Virus record (IMG/VR): IMGVR_UViG_3300019472_000035
Coordinates: 1 to 64,000 of that record
DNA length: 64,000 nucleotides
DNA from: a virus
Direction: 5' to 3' (one strand)
The position numbers and the translations under genes were made by a program. The notes under the pieces were generated by a model. That model did not search any database and was not told the origin of the DNA. It saw only the letters and a program-made list of their open reading frames with translations. Shown here piece after piece: positions 21,801 to 31,429 of the stretch. Numbering within the stretch: position 1 is the first letter of the stretch; each line of letters starts with the position of its first letter.

Positions 21801-23883
21801 AGCCGAAGCCATGAAACAACAAATCACGGATGCACAACACCATATGGAATCCACGATTACACAAACGGCAAACGCTTTGGATGCAAAAATTAAAGACATT
21901 GACAACACAGTACAATCACGAGTAACACAGCTTGCAAGTACGATTGAGTCTTCTATTAAGTCTTTATCTGGTGATGAAATTCTAAGTAGAATCAATCAAT
22001 CAAGCGGTGGTACTCAAATTGACGGTAAATTGTTACACGTTACATCTGATTCCGTATTCGACAAAGGCGTTGTAGCGAAGAATATCGAAGCTGGCACAAT
22101 CAGTACTGACAAACTCATGAGTTCTATTCTTGACTTGCAAGAATCTGGTATGCAAATCAAGGGCGGTGGCGTTCGTATTGATGCCAGCGGTATCCGCATG
22201 AGTAATGAAAACGGTTCATTTACTGCATTAACCAAAGATGGCATCAAGTGGTATGACTCTAAAGGTGTTGCCTATAGTGCTATTCAACAAATGGTCTTTG
22301 GGATTGCAAACGATGGCGACCATATCGACTTGAATTGGGATTCAGAACCAATGGTGTTCGTTGTTCCCCAAAAGATGAACTTGGGTCAAAATATGAGTGC
22401 AGCTGACAATTATCTGCAAGGAACAATGGAAACCAAGGCAGTCAATGTGTCTAAAAAAGGCTTTGACATTCACGCACGTATCACCCAATATTGCAACGGT
22501 GAGATGTACTATGGGGGTAGACCTTGGGGGAGAACAAATCTTGATAACTTTGCACCATCAAGATACTCAACAGGCACACTTACTAATCGAGTTTACATCT
22601 ATAGTGAAGCCGATACGTATGTTTCCATAGAGATACCAGAAGTTGGTGTTGACGTATGGACATCCCTAGGAAAACAATACGATAGCGTAAATGTCGAGGG
22701 TGCTGGATGGGAAAATCCACCAGAGAACTCCAAAAAGTGGTTATCACCAATGGCATCTGGCAAAGGCAAAACTGTTTTTACTGGAAGTGGTAGTGGTTCT
22801 ACTTATAGTGGTCATTATGAGTTTCAACAATACAAACAATGGATGATTGACTATGAGAAGATACCAAGAAAAATCATCGCAATTCGTTTACGCAAGGGTC
22901 AAAACGTAATCGCTTGTTCAATTCCATCGTTTGCTATTACGCCAAGCAATCCTTGGTTTAAAATTGCGAACATACCATCGCTCCCAGAGGGAACATACTT
23001 TGGTATTCGTTCTCCAGAGCCTGTACAATGGTTTGCCGTGAATGTGCCAAAAGAAAACTATTTTGTTGCATCACACGCAAACTATAAGACAACTAAGTTT
23101 ACTGGTCGTGGAACATATACGTTTACACCGACTGGCAAACGATTTAAGATTACCATGATTGGTGCATCGGTTGCATCTAAGGGAGAAAGACCACAATCTT
23201 CTGAAACACGAATCGTTGGTAATGGCATTGATTATAAAACATCTGGTTACGCAACCAATTTATCACTCAATAATCAACAACCGTATAAACAATCGTTCCA
23301 TTCTGTGCATGAATCGTCAAAACATAACGAAAAAGGTTCTCTATACTTTATGGCTAATGCTTTCAAGGTCGGTACAGATTCCGTATCTACTTGGGGTGGC
23401 GATGGATTATCCATGCCTTGTTATGTCTTGGCTGGCAACAACGTGTCATTCTTTAATGCAAACTTTACCAATAGACGTAATCTACAAAACAATCCAACAG
23501 AGTTCTTACGTTTCCCAGACGGCAACTACCAAGGACGTGGCGATGTAAATGACGACACGAAAAACCTTGGTGTGTTTGGTGAACTCGTTGGTTGTCCATT
23601 GTTTACATTCACTGGTGGCGGTGGTGGTAATCCCGGCGGTTACGCTCGTGATATGTGGTGGAACATTGAATGGCAGATGGGGTTATCCAAAGCGGTCACA
23701 TATAATGTCAACGTACCAACAGGTGTATCAAATTACACGATTACCATTGGTGCTTGTCCAGATGTTACCGTTGGTAAAGAAATCCATTTCCCATCTGGAC
23801 CGTATGGTGACGATGGTGGCTATATTAGAATCACAAACACACAACCATTTGACGGTGCAGTATTTATTACGGAGGAATTGTAA
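18880..23883 (+). CDS. Host specificity / central tail fibre protein (lambda J-like, 1667 aa)
   Basis: N-terminus MGKGGGKGGKG resembles the lambda J start MGKGSSKG. Huge size immediately after the L-like gene. Confidence 0.8.
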   Translation: MGKGGGKGGKGRVAKFIGLAAGIAFGFGGGAWGFLKAASVFSRVMYGLSLGMSIGGLFDKSPKQSTPESTFDSKNNQVTSEGTIPIVYGQTKVGGLQTFHKMDVGGKRLDKDVVLCEGKIHDIFGVTANGYLTSVQRLNETKQTKIPVFGIRNNKYPDAKISVETGVAEKRGFMGHKPNASQQSIYQDNVDYGSFNKFKKLKLTANGKTVYIFLTDDNTTIDLQYSLACNTFGKIYQIILGDTYLSDLQTDGWELVNPVICQNSPSCLDTFGESPCYKRDVYCMTNGSQDGSNSTVYTHLGGKDQDAPDQYLTTGGYPNMAYVHADLRYSEKMGAGNPTVTAIVQGMIVYDWRDKQYKYSKNPVVCLYDYLTNKTYGAGRYVTSDILDMESFTDVANYCDEEITYNDPYGVTKTEPRYQLDICLNETKTHQENIQSILNSFLGFIVFSNNSIKLRCERLEQPVYAFNDDNIVEETLSYKSASIDQSPNKFNLTYVEPALDYTAVKLIVEDATNQLPPPIGIGRPVEQDIDFKGVRRQTQCLRLGKIARDIIRLCPITVTFKTGLMASHLEAGDIVTISKTYIDEDGVKQELFTNQQARITEIKEEDGTFEITARQYNPSIYDDTFGASLKVFGTVGNDKPIRLTPATVKPVENIQFNQIYRGKVDGLPTYDIVLSFDEPDDIEFRSASVYIQTVHNGMAGEWKNYGESKGITTIMGLKRGDTINARIIPNDSKGIEHEESMSAPSYTVVSKFGAPEMPQNLRLKVTDEARITWDIIKNTDIDHYEISTTGFFNNGAVVSVDNEAPITLTMRTGKIYVRGVNIDNVAGPANFVTYDYPELNVPQLNYIKSQSGAFQVVLRDTPKTSPPILKTVFRVNDKDFRTDTNVFTYVDDPAVYNVSYAYEDYFGTGAFSNGQSAVIKQNINQDLINRATAAIQSVEQMQANIDTINTRIQNAVTEQIQNSIGGAKLEITKAAEAMKQQITDAQHHMESTITQTANALDAKIKDIDNTVQSRVTQLASTIESSIKSLSGDEILSRINQSSGGTQIDGKLLHVTSDSVFDKGVVAKNIEAGTISTDKLMSSILDLQESGMQIKGGGVRIDASGIRMSNENGSFTALTKDGIKWYDSKGVAYSAIQQMVFGIANDGDHIDLNWDSEPMVFVVPQKMNLGQNMSAADNYLQGTMETKAVNVSKKGFDIHARITQYCNGEMYYGGRPWGRTNLDNFAPSRYSTGTLTNRVYIYSEADTYVSIEIPEVGVDVWTSLGKQYDSVNVEGAGWENPPENSKKWLSPMASGKGKTVFTGSGSGSTYSGHYEFQQYKQWMIDYEKIPRKIIAIRLRKGQNVIACSIPSFAITPSNPWFKIANIPSLPEGTYFGIRSPEPVQWFAVNVPKENYFVASHANYKTTKFTGRGTYTFTPTGKRFKITMIGASVASKGERPQSSETRIVGNGIDYKTSGYATNLSLNNQQPYKQSFHSVHESSKHNEKGSLYFMANAFKVGTDSVSTWGGDGLSMPCYVLAGNNVSFFNANFTNRRNLQNNPTEFLRFPDGNYQGRGDVNDDTKNLGVFGELVGCPLFTFTGGGGGNPGGYARDMWWNIEWQMGLSKAVTYNVNVPTGVSNYTITIGACPDVTVGKEIHFPSGPYGDDGGYIRITNTQPFDGAVFITEEL

Positions 23884-24533
23884 TGTATTATAACGTATCG
23901 TTCATGGGGCAAGACCCCATGAATTTTTATGTTTCCGCTATAGAAACAGACGAAACCGTATCATACGAAACATACCAATTGTATATGTCTGGCAATTACA
24001 TCAAGGGTAACGACGGAGAACCAAAACCAAAAGAACAAACAAATGTTCAATCAACCTCTGGTGCAACAGATGCGGTCATTCAAGAAGATACAACGCCTGT
24101 ATTGCCAGATTTACCAAACCTTGACCCATACGTTGCGTTAAACAATAAAATCAAAAAGTTGCGTAAACAGATGGAAGACACACAAACATCAACCGATAAC
24201 ATTTATCGTGTAGCACATGGAGATTTCATTCCAATTCCAAGTGGTAAAAACCCAAGTGATTTTGTGTATGAAATCTTAAGCGTTCAAGTATCTGGTGATA
24301 CATTTAATTCTCCAAATGTTGGTATGATTATACAACCTCCAGAACATCCGTTCTACCGAGATGCCAATATCACAATCGGCATTGTAAACACAAATCAGTC
24401 ATATGTTTCAAACAACGTAACAGACCCAACAAAACATATCACAGGTTGGTTGACCGTTAAAGTCAACGAGAAAACAAATGTTCCGCAAGATACGGATGGT
24501 CAACCACTTGTGCCAATACAACCATCTCTATAG
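23883..24533 (+). CDS. Tail fibre-associated hypothetical protein
   Basis: ATG overlaps the J stop (TAATG); position only. Confidence 0.45.
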   Translation: MYYNVSFMGQDPMNFYVSAIETDETVSYETYQLYMSGNYIKGNDGEPKPKEQTNVQSTSGATDAVIQEDTTPVLPDLPNLDPYVALNNKIKKLRKQMEDTQTSTDNIYRVAHGDFIPIPSGKNPSDFVYEILSVQVSGDTFNSPNVGMIIQPPEHPFYRDANITIGIVNTNQSYVSNNVTDPTKHITGWLTVKVNEKTNVPQDTDGQPLVPIQPSL

Positions 24534-24548
24534 AAAGGAGGTATACCA

Positions 24549-24872
24549 ATGAAAGATTGGATTCGTGTTGAAGACGAGATTATGCACGTTGGAGCAGATT
24601 GGAATCGGTTGTATTCCGTTGATGAATCAATTGATTTAACCGATGCAACTGCCGTGTGTAAAATCCGTGATTTGAAAGATAATGTTTTACTACAGGCAAC
24701 GTGTACTGTGTATGAACACGGCGTAGTCGTATGGTTTCCATATGAAGATACATTAACACTTAATCGTCAAATCAAGAGGGGCAAATACGATGTTTTCATT
24801 CAAAAAGATTCTAAATCGTGGAAACTTGTCATGGGTGAAATCGAAATTATCCACGACATTTCCATGCATTAA
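24549..24872 (+). CDS. Hypothetical protein (tail fibre assembly?)
   Basis: AGGAGG RBS; position only. Confidence 0.4.
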   Translation: MKDWIRVEDEIMHVGADWNRLYSVDESIDLTDATAVCKIRDLKDNVLLQATCTVYEHGVVVWFPYEDTLTLNRQIKRGKYDVFIQKDSKSWKLVMGEIEIIHDISMH

Positions 24873-24897
24873 TTTTAAACCAAAGGAGCATACAATC

Positions 24898-25980
24898 ATG
24901 CCAAACGAAGAAGCAATCCAAAAAATGTCTATTGTTGACCCAATTCAAGTCAACGTCAACATTCCAAACTTTGAGGGAAAACCCGGGAGAGATGGTACAG
25001 ATGGTCGAGATGGTGACGATGCATACCGTATTGCCGTCCGTAACGGTTTCTTGGGTACAGAAAAAGAATGGTTACTAACACTAAAGGGTCAAGATGGTAA
25101 ATCCGCATCTGCACCTACGGCACGACAAACGTTGTTACAAAACAATGTATGGTGCGAAGATGATACCGTGGATTCCGTGTTTACTGCCATTATTGGCAAC
25201 TGGGGAAAACCATTGCCACGTACAGATTATCGACCAATAGCTTTACAGTCCACAGTATTGGTTGGTTCACCAAATATAACATTTAGTGGCGAGCCTCATT
25301 TCAAAGTAAAGATTGACAATAAAACCGTTGAATTTAACTCTACTGGACTTGCTGATGTGACTGTTTCAAGTTCTAATACTGGTGATTCCTATGTGGCACA
25401 ATACTTTGGATATATTGACAATCATCTCTCGGATATTAATGTTGCTTTTGGCAATTTAAGTTCTATATTCAGTAAAGGCTCTCTAGTTGAAACAACAGAA
25501 CTTAGTGTAAGTTCAGATAGTCCAGTTAGAGTTTCAATTTATGATAACAAGGTTGTCGAGTTAGTTCATACAGGTAGCAACCTTGATTTGCAACCAACAC
25601 TAGATGCGAATAAAATCAAAACAATCAAAGATTATGTGTTAACAAAAATTAGCGACATAGACACATTAATCATTGACGATGTACTTACTAGCCAAATGTG
25701 GATACCTTTTGCTGCATCCGCTCTTAATGAAATTGCACGAGGTATTGGACATGGCGTAAATCTTAAGATTGATTTATCTTATTATAAAGAGCAAGGATAT
25801 GCACGTGATGAAGAAAGAATATTCACCTCTGTAGAAACAAGCAATAGATACTCTGCTCCTTATATTGGTAAAGCATTGCAAATTGGTACATCAAATGTAA
25901 TGATTTTTAAACCTACAGGCTTTAATATCATCTACCGATTTACTCCAAATACAATCCTTGAATCTCAAGACTCTCTATAA
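24898..25980 (+). CDS. Collagen-like-repeat tail fibre protein
   Basis: AAGGAG RBS then ATG at 24898. G-x-y repeats GKPGRDGTDGRDGDDA ... GQDGKS near the N-terminus; followed by a terminator. Confidence 0.65.
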   Translation: MPNEEAIQKMSIVDPIQVNVNIPNFEGKPGRDGTDGRDGDDAYRIAVRNGFLGTEKEWLLTLKGQDGKSASAPTARQTLLQNNVWCEDDTVDSVFTAIIGNWGKPLPRTDYRPIALQSTVLVGSPNITFSGEPHFKVKIDNKTVEFNSTGLADVTVSSSNTGDSYVAQYFGYIDNHLSDINVAFGNLSSIFSKGSLVETTELSVSSDSPVRVSIYDNKVVELVHTGSNLDLQPTLDANKIKTIKDYVLTKISDIDTLIIDDVLTSQMWIPFAASALNEIARGIGHGVNLKIDLSYYKEQGYARDEERIFTSVETSNRYSAPYIGKALQIGTSNVMIFKPTGFNIIYRFTPNTILESQDSL

Positions 25981-25983
25981 AAA

Positions 25984-26022
25984 ACACAAGGGGATACAAA
26001 CCAATGTATCCCCAATATTTTC
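25984..26022 (+). terminator. Rho-independent terminator GGGGATACA aaccaa TGTATCCCC + AATATTTTC
   Basis: Perfect 9-bp stem at the end of the structural module. Confidence 0.8.
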
Positions 26023-26049
26023 ACAAAATCTCTTATAGAAAGGACATCA

Positions 26050-26319
26050 ATGGAAATACTAACAATGGTATCTCTCATATGTGGTATCTTGGCATCTGTT
26101 GGGGCAATCATAGGGGTTATCTTCAAGTTTGTAATCATTAACCCTTTAAAGGTGTCAATCGACAATCTAACTAAAGTTGTTGAAACCATATTGAAAGATA
26201 TAGAAACAGGTCGAGTAGACCGATACAATCAAGCCATACGTTTAACATCTATAGAATCAGATGTTCGACACTTGGATTCTCGCATGGAGTCCATTGAGGA
26301 ATCCTTGAAAGGGCGGTGA
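26050..26319 (+). CDS. Holin-like small membrane protein (N-terminal TM + coiled coil)
   Basis: MEILTMVSLICGILASVGAIIGVIF TM segment; first gene of the lysis cassette. Confidence 0.5.
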   Translation: MEILTMVSLICGILASVGAIIGVIFKFVIINPLKVSIDNLTKVVETILKDIETGRVDRYNQAIRLTSIESDVRHLDSRMESIEESLKGR

Positions 26320-26696
26320 TACCAATGAATAACATTATTGATTCAATCAAGGGTTATTACACCAAAGTACGAACCGCCCATATTAACATCAAATCACTAC
26401 AGTTTGTAAAGTTTGTGATTACAACCTCGTTCATCCCAATATTTATGTACTTGGGTGTTTGGTTGTACGCAATCTATGCAATGCACGTTGGTTTAAACGT
26501 AACAATTCTGGTTTCTCTATTGTCGGAATTACGATTATTCGTATCCGTAATCTTCTCAACACAGACTGTTGCTGGCGTACTTGCGTATGGCGTGGCTTTA
26601 ATTGATTCAGATGGCAATGGAGAATCCGATGAATTAGATGCTAAAGCACACGCACAATCCACTTCTAGTATTAACACCACAGGAGATACAAAATGA
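26316..26696 (+). CDS. Holin/antiholin-like membrane protein (2-3 TM)
   Basis: Hydrophobic stretches FVITTSFIPIFMYLGVWLYAIYAMHVGLNVTILVSLL; immediately upstream of the endolysin. Confidence 0.5.
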   Translation: MIPMNNIIDSIKGYYTKVRTAHINIKSLQFVKFVITTSFIPIFMYLGVWLYAIYAMHVGLNVTILVSLLSELRLFVSVIFSTQTVAGVLAYGVALIDSDGNGESDELDAKAHAQSTSSINTTGDTK

Positions 26697-27271
26697 GAAC
26701 CATCGAAAAAGACGAACTAATGAGTATGGCTACAAGTGCAAGGGGTTATATCGACCATATATACTTGCATTGGTCTGCTGGTCACTACAACCAAAGCCAT
26801 ACCGATAAATACCACATTTGTATTGACAAAGACGGTAAAATGTATACCGATGTTGATTTACTAACGGAATACCGTGACCATACGTATATGCGAAACAGTC
26901 GTGCCATCGGTATCACTTTGAACGGTTGCTGGGATGCCATCAATCCGACAAACATGGGTACAGAACCACCGACTGAACAACAAATTTACGCCCTCAGCTG
27001 GCTGGTAGCATTATTGTGTATTCAAATCGGTATTCCATTGGACATCCAACACGTAATGACTCATGCGGAAGCCGCAGATAATAAAGATGGTATGGACTTG
27101 TGTTACAACGACCCAACGCCATACCCAAACAATACTTACGGTCCAGATTCCACGTGTGAACGATGGGATTTATGGGTTTTACACGAGAATGACCAACCGT
27201 GGTCTGGTGGCGACAACATTCGTGGTAACGCACGATACATCGCACATAATGAATGGGGTATTGACATATGA
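26693..27271 (+). CDS. Endolysin, N-acetylmuramoyl-L-alanine amidase (amidase_2 / PGRP family), no cell-wall binding domain
   Basis: HIYLHWSAGHY...SHTDKYHICIDKDG...AIGITLNGCWD resemble amidase_2/T7-lysozyme-like zinc-amidase signatures. Confidence 0.8.
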   Translation: MRTIEKDELMSMATSARGYIDHIYLHWSAGHYNQSHTDKYHICIDKDGKMYTDVDLLTEYRDHTYMRNSRAIGITLNGCWDAINPTNMGTEPPTEQQIYALSWLVALLCIQIGIPLDIQHVMTHAEAADNKDGMDLCYNDPTPYPNNTYGPDSTCERWDLWVLHENDQPWSGGDNIRGNARYIAHNEWGIDI

Positions 27272-27534
27272 TGCATTACAAAGTTGCAAAACCACCATTA
27301 ATGAAAACGATTGGTACTGTGTTTGCGGTATGTTTAATTGGTTTGTTCGTGTGTGTATATCTACTGTTTAGCGGTATACACGCACATGAACAACAATTGC
27401 GACAAACCGAAATTGAATTGCATAAAACACAATTGGAACTACAGGTGACACGACATGAGCGTTCAATGTTACAAAACAAAGTAAACGTGTTGGAGAACAT
27501 TGAATACGAACGTGGAACAATTGTTAAACCATAA
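27268..27534 (+). CDS. Spanin-like protein (N-terminal TM + periplasmic coiled coil)
   Basis: TM GTVFAVCLIGLFVCVYLLF, then a heptad-like EQQLRQTEIELHKTQLELQ. Confidence 0.45.
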   Translation: MMHYKVAKPPLMKTIGTVFAVCLIGLFVCVYLLFSGIHAHEQQLRQTEIELHKTQLELQVTRHERSMLQNKVNVLENIEYERGTIVKP

Positions 27535-27544
27535 CGGAGAAACA

Positions 27545-27997
27545 ATGAATGAACAAATTAAAACATATATTCGGTCAAATCCAAAGTATTCGATTTGGAT
27601 TGCTATTGGGGTTCTTATGTTTATTGCCATTGGGTTATTCTTATGGACAAGCTCCTCTAGTAACATTGACACAACACCAATACAAAACGCTACAAGAGAA
27701 CTTGACAACTCTAAACAGTACAATCGACAATCAATTGAGTACAATCAACGAATTGGAAATGCAGTTACAAGCAGCCAAGTTATCAACGAGCGAATCGAAC
27801 AAACAATTGATGGAAGCATCAACGCTAATCGTAGAACAACGGAAGCAATTGACCGAAGCACAGAACTTGTTAAAGCAGCAAGAACAGACGCTGCAAACGC
27901 AAAGAATCTCATTAGAGAAAGCCGAAATATACTTAACGCAGCAAAAAGAGATAATCAAGAAAGCACAACGGAGTCAACAACGAGCCAAACTCATTAA
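27545..27997 (+). CDS. i-spanin-like type-II membrane protein (one of two fully overlapping candidates)
   Basis: GGAGA RBS then ATG at 27545. N-terminal TM SIWIAIGVLMFIAIGLFLW followed by a polar domain. Confidence 0.4.
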   Translation: MNEQIKTYIRSNPKYSIWIAIGVLMFIAIGLFLWTSSSSNIDTTPIQNATRELDNSKQYNRQSIEYNQRIGNAVTSSQVINERIEQTIDGSINANRRTTEAIDRSTELVKAARTDAANAKNLIRESRNILNAAKRDNQESTTESTTSQTH

Positions 27998-28040
27998 TGT
28001 GTTATTGGGTGCAACGGTTGTATATCTTGCGGTTAAATGA
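27549..28040 (+). CDS. Alternative overlapping ORF: signal peptide + long coiled coil + C-terminal TM (u-spanin-like architecture)
   Basis: ATG 4 nt downstream of the previous one (acaATGaATGaac), a different frame, open for 163 codons. The coiled coil is strongly heptad-like. Confidence 0.4.
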   Translation: MNKLKHIFGQIQSIRFGLLLGFLCLLPLGYSYGQAPLVTLTQHQYKTLQENLTTLNSTIDNQLSTINELEMQLQAAKLSTSESNKQLMEASTLIVEQRKQLTEAQNLLKQQEQTLQTQRISLEKAEIYLTQQKEIIKKAQRSQQRAKLINVLLGATVVYLAVK

Positions 28041-28107
28041 TTGGATGGTGGTCTAATTATCTCTACAGTATACAGTAGCGGATGTATACAAATTCTCTGA
28101 TATAAAA

Positions 28108-28152
28108 CAAATGGGGATATACCTTAGTTGGTATATCCCCATTTTTTTGCGT
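28108..28152. terminator. Bidirectional terminator GGGGATATACC ttagtt GGTATATCCCC + TTTTTTTG between convergent lysis and dnaE genes
   Basis: Perfect 11-bp stem flanked by an A-run on the left and a T-run on the right. Confidence 0.85.
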
Positions 28153-28160
28153 TTATACGG

Positions 28161-31100
28161 TTATTTCTTTAATTCCAATGGTTTCATCTTGGTGATACAA
28201 TCGCCACGTAATTGGATGTAATACCCAACACCAGCTTTCATTTCAACCAAGTATGAAGACCACATAACATACTTGTTCCCCAGATGGTCAAACACATATG
28301 CCATTGGTTTACCAGTCTTGGTTGTTCTTTGTTTGAAATCAGAAACGATAATCGCCTTGACATCACGACCGTTTGCCAATTCTGTGTTATATTCCATTAA
28401 TGGGTTCTCAAAAGAACACCCAAGGTATTTATACCTGAGCGAAGCTAGAGGGGTCTTAGCGGTCAAATCTGGCGATTCTAGGAGGGTTATGGAGTCATAC
28501 TTAGATGTCCATTCTTGGATTTTCTTTTGTATGTTTGCTAATTTCTTTTCCATGGATTGTAATTGCTTTGGTGTTGCCGTTGGTGATTCTGTTTGTATCA
28601 ACTGTTGGTGGTCACGCAATTTATGATTCCATTCGTCAATCTTATTTTGTGCGTTCTTGCGGTCACTATCGAATGACTTATACTTGGGAATTAATGCCAT
28701 GAGTTCATTTGTTTCCCCCAAGAAGTCTAATGCACCACTACCAACTAAACCCTCTAGTTGCAACTTAGTGTATTTACTAAAGATGGCATCTATTGTATAC
28801 TCTTGTGGTTTCTCAATCTTGTTGATGCCTTTGATGTACGCAAGACCTACACGAATGGCATTACCATCGACTGACCACTGGCGGTCACTATGGCGTAAAT
28901 CTGGTGGTAATATCTCGATTCCCTTGCGTTTAATCTCTTGGATATACGGCAAGATTTTCTCTTGGTTGCCATCTTCGGAGTTGATGGTTGCAACATAAAA
29001 TTCCAACGGATAATGGGTCTTTAAGTATGCCGTTATGTATGCCATGTAGCCGTATGATTGACTGTGAGCCTTGTTAAATCCATAACTTGCCGCTGCAATA
29101 ATCATATCCAAGATTTGTTTCGCCACATCTTTATCTGTTCCGTTCGCAACCGCACGGTCAACAAATTCTGCCGTAATCTCTTGCATTAAATCGTGGTCTT
29201 TTTTACCAACCGCACGTCTTACGGTATCGGCTTCCGCCATTGAATACCCAGCGATAATCTGACATACACGCATGATTTGTTCTTGGAATACCATAATCCC
29301 ATATGTTTCACCCAATGGTTCTTCTAATCGTTCATCCAAGTATTCAAACGGTTTGCCTTGTCTGCGTTCGATATACTCATCCAACATACCTGTTAAAATA
29401 CACGCTGGTCGGTACAATGCTACTACGGCGATTAAATCAACAAAATTCTTTGGTGCAATACTTTTGAGAGTTCTAATCATTCCCGGTGATTTCATTTGAA
29501 ACACACCAAGCGTGTCACCCTTACATAACAAATCCAACGTAGGCTTATCATCCCAAGGTAATTTTGCTAAGTCAAGACTATCTTTGACACCAGCCATCGT
29601 TACACAATCATTGATTACATCCAAGGTTCTAAGACCAAGAATATCCTCTTTTAGAAAACCCATTGATTCTAAATGTTTAAAGTTTGTAGATGCCACAAAT
29701 GTTTCTTCTTTTGTTTTAGAATCTTTTTGCATTTCTAAAGAACAATACTTGGTAATATCTTGGTTTGACACAATGACTGCCGATGCATGTTTCCCAAAGC
29801 CAGTCATGATACCAACCAGTTTCTTAGCGAGTTCAAATAGCTCTGGATGCTTACCATCGTTTACATGGTCTAACTTAGCATACTCTAGGTCGTTATCGTG
29901 ATAATCTTCATCATCATCAAATGAAACATCCTTAATTTTCTTTGAGTATGCATCTGCAATGGTATGGTCTACACCTAGACATCGTGCGGCTTCTTTTAAA
30001 GCACCAGATGCTTTCATGTATGAAAATGTACGACATTGGTATACATATTTATATTTTTCTTCAAGATATTGAATGACTTCTCCACGTCTTACCTTAGAAC
30101 AATCGTTGTCAACGTCTGGGGGTGATACACGATTTGGGTTTGCAAACCGTTCAAAGTACAGATTGTTCGTAATAGCATCCAAAGATGTAATATCGAGTAA
30201 ATATGCACATTCGCATCCTCCGACCGAACCACGCCCATGACCAACTGGGATGTCACGCTTACGACAAGCATCGAGAATATCTTTGGTTATCAACAGATAA
30301 TCCATATACCCAACTTGTTCCAGAATATTAATCTCGTGTGGAACACGTTCGTCAACACGTTTTTTAAACTCTGGTGTGACCTTGCCGATAATCTTTTGTT
30401 TATATCCGTCACGCAAAGCCTGTAAAAACACAGGTTTTACATCCCCATCTTTAACATACTTTGGGTATACATCAAGGTCAAAATCAACCTGTGCGTTACA
30501 TTTGTCAAAAATAACATTGGTATTCTTAACCATCGTTTCAACCATATCAATACCGAATTGCGGATACAGACGGTCAAACACTTGTGCTTTCGATTGGATA
30601 AAGAAGTCGTTTGAACCATAATATTGGTCTTCATCATCATCTTGTGAACGACCACGGAACGCTTTATGTAAAGCATAGTCTTCCTCATGAACATAATGGC
30701 TATCGCAAGCTGCAATCAATGGTACATCATATTTTGCACCCATTTCTGCAACCATTGCATTAAAACGCTTTTGGTCTTCATGTTGATACGTATGGATTTC
30801 AAAATACAAGTCGTCACCGAAGATGTCTTTGAACTGCGGAATTAAAGACTCACGGTTATCACCTTTTAGCCATCCACCCATGCAAGCAGATGTACAGATT
30901 AAACCCTCGGAGTACTGCTTGATTATATCAAGGTCAATTCTTGACTTGTAATAATAATGTCGATGTGCTTCCGTTGTCAATCTAAACAGGTTTTCAAGAC
31001 CAACTTGATTCTTCGCAAGAAACAATATATGTGAATACGATTTATCTTTGATGGTCACATCATACGTATAGTACAACTCTGACCCCATCAACAGTTTCAA

Positions 31101-31307
31101 ATTCGTGTTGTGTTTCTTGTTATATTTCTGTAGATGCACATATGTGTCAATCAATCCAGAGCAACCGTTATGGTCTGTCAATGCAAAACCACGTTGCCCC
31201 AATTCGTGTACACGCTGGATGATGCCATCTACGGAACTGATTGCATCTTTCATCCCATAGTTTGAAAACTGTGAGTGTAGATGCGTATGAATAAAGTTAT
31301 CCGCCAT
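28161..31307 (-). CDS. dnaE: DNA polymerase III alpha-type replicative polymerase (DnaE family, PHP domain N-terminus), 1048 aa
   Basis: N-terminal PHP motifs HTHLHSQFS...DGII...ALTDHNGCSG. Later motifs GHGRGSVGGCECAYLLDITSLD and ...FDLDV... follow the usual DnaE domain order. Only large gene on the minus strand. Confidence 0.85.
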   Translation of the reverse strand: MADNFIHTHLHSQFSNYGMKDAISSVDGIIQRVHELGQRGFALTDHNGCSGLIDTYVHLQKYNKKHNTNLKLLMGSELYYTYDVTIKDKSYSHILFLAKNQVGLENLFRLTTEAHRHYYYKSRIDLDIIKQYSEGLICTSACMGGWLKGDNRESLIPQFKDIFGDDLYFEIHTYQHEDQKRFNAMVAEMGAKYDVPLIAACDSHYVHEEDYALHKAFRGRSQDDDEDQYYGSNDFFIQSKAQVFDRLYPQFGIDMVETMVKNTNVIFDKCNAQVDFDLDVYPKYVKDGDVKPVFLQALRDGYKQKIIGKVTPEFKKRVDERVPHEINILEQVGYMDYLLITKDILDACRKRDIPVGHGRGSVGGCECAYLLDITSLDAITNNLYFERFANPNRVSPPDVDNDCSKVRRGEVIQYLEEKYKYVYQCRTFSYMKASGALKEAARCLGVDHTIADAYSKKIKDVSFDDDEDYHDNDLEYAKLDHVNDGKHPELFELAKKLVGIMTGFGKHASAVIVSNQDITKYCSLEMQKDSKTKEETFVASTNFKHLESMGFLKEDILGLRTLDVINDCVTMAGVKDSLDLAKLPWDDKPTLDLLCKGDTLGVFQMKSPGMIRTLKSIAPKNFVDLIAVVALYRPACILTGMLDEYIERRQGKPFEYLDERLEEPLGETYGIMVFQEQIMRVCQIIAGYSMAEADTVRRAVGKKDHDLMQEITAEFVDRAVANGTDKDVAKQILDMIIAAASYGFNKAHSQSYGYMAYITAYLKTHYPLEFYVATINSEDGNQEKILPYIQEIKRKGIEILPPDLRHSDRQWSVDGNAIRVGLAYIKGINKIEKPQEYTIDAIFSKYTKLQLEGLVGSGALDFLGETNELMALIPKYKSFDSDRKNAQNKIDEWNHKLRDHQQLIQTESPTATPKQLQSMEKKLANIQKKIQEWTSKYDSITLLESPDLTAKTPLASLRYKYLGCSFENPLMEYNTELANGRDVKAIIVSDFKQRTTKTGKPMAYVFDHLGNKYVMWSSYLVEMKAGVGYYIQLRGDCITKMKPLELKK

Positions 31308-31335
31308 ATTTTACCTCCGATGAAAATTCTTAAAT

Positions 31336-31378
31336 TCACTATTGACAGTATACCACAACTTGTGCGATAATACAAGTG
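31336..31378. promoter_or_regulatory. Face-to-face divergent promoters: plus strand TTGACA(31344)-N19-ATAATA toward the SSB gene, minus strand TTGTAT-N17-TGgTATACT toward dnaE
   Basis: The -35 of the + promoter overlaps the -10 of the - promoter (TTGACAGTATACC). A GGAGGT RBS precedes dnaE on the - strand. Confidence 0.6.
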
Positions 31379-31429
31379 CGGAAAGTTTTACCGCAAAAGT
31401 ATTTTTCCACAGAAAAGGAACAAAAGAAT

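Noticed and set aside
27500-27544. TTG-initiated 5' extension of the frame-A spanin ORF
   Set aside because: Overlaps the upstream gene. A proper GGAGA RBS precedes the internal ATG at 27545.
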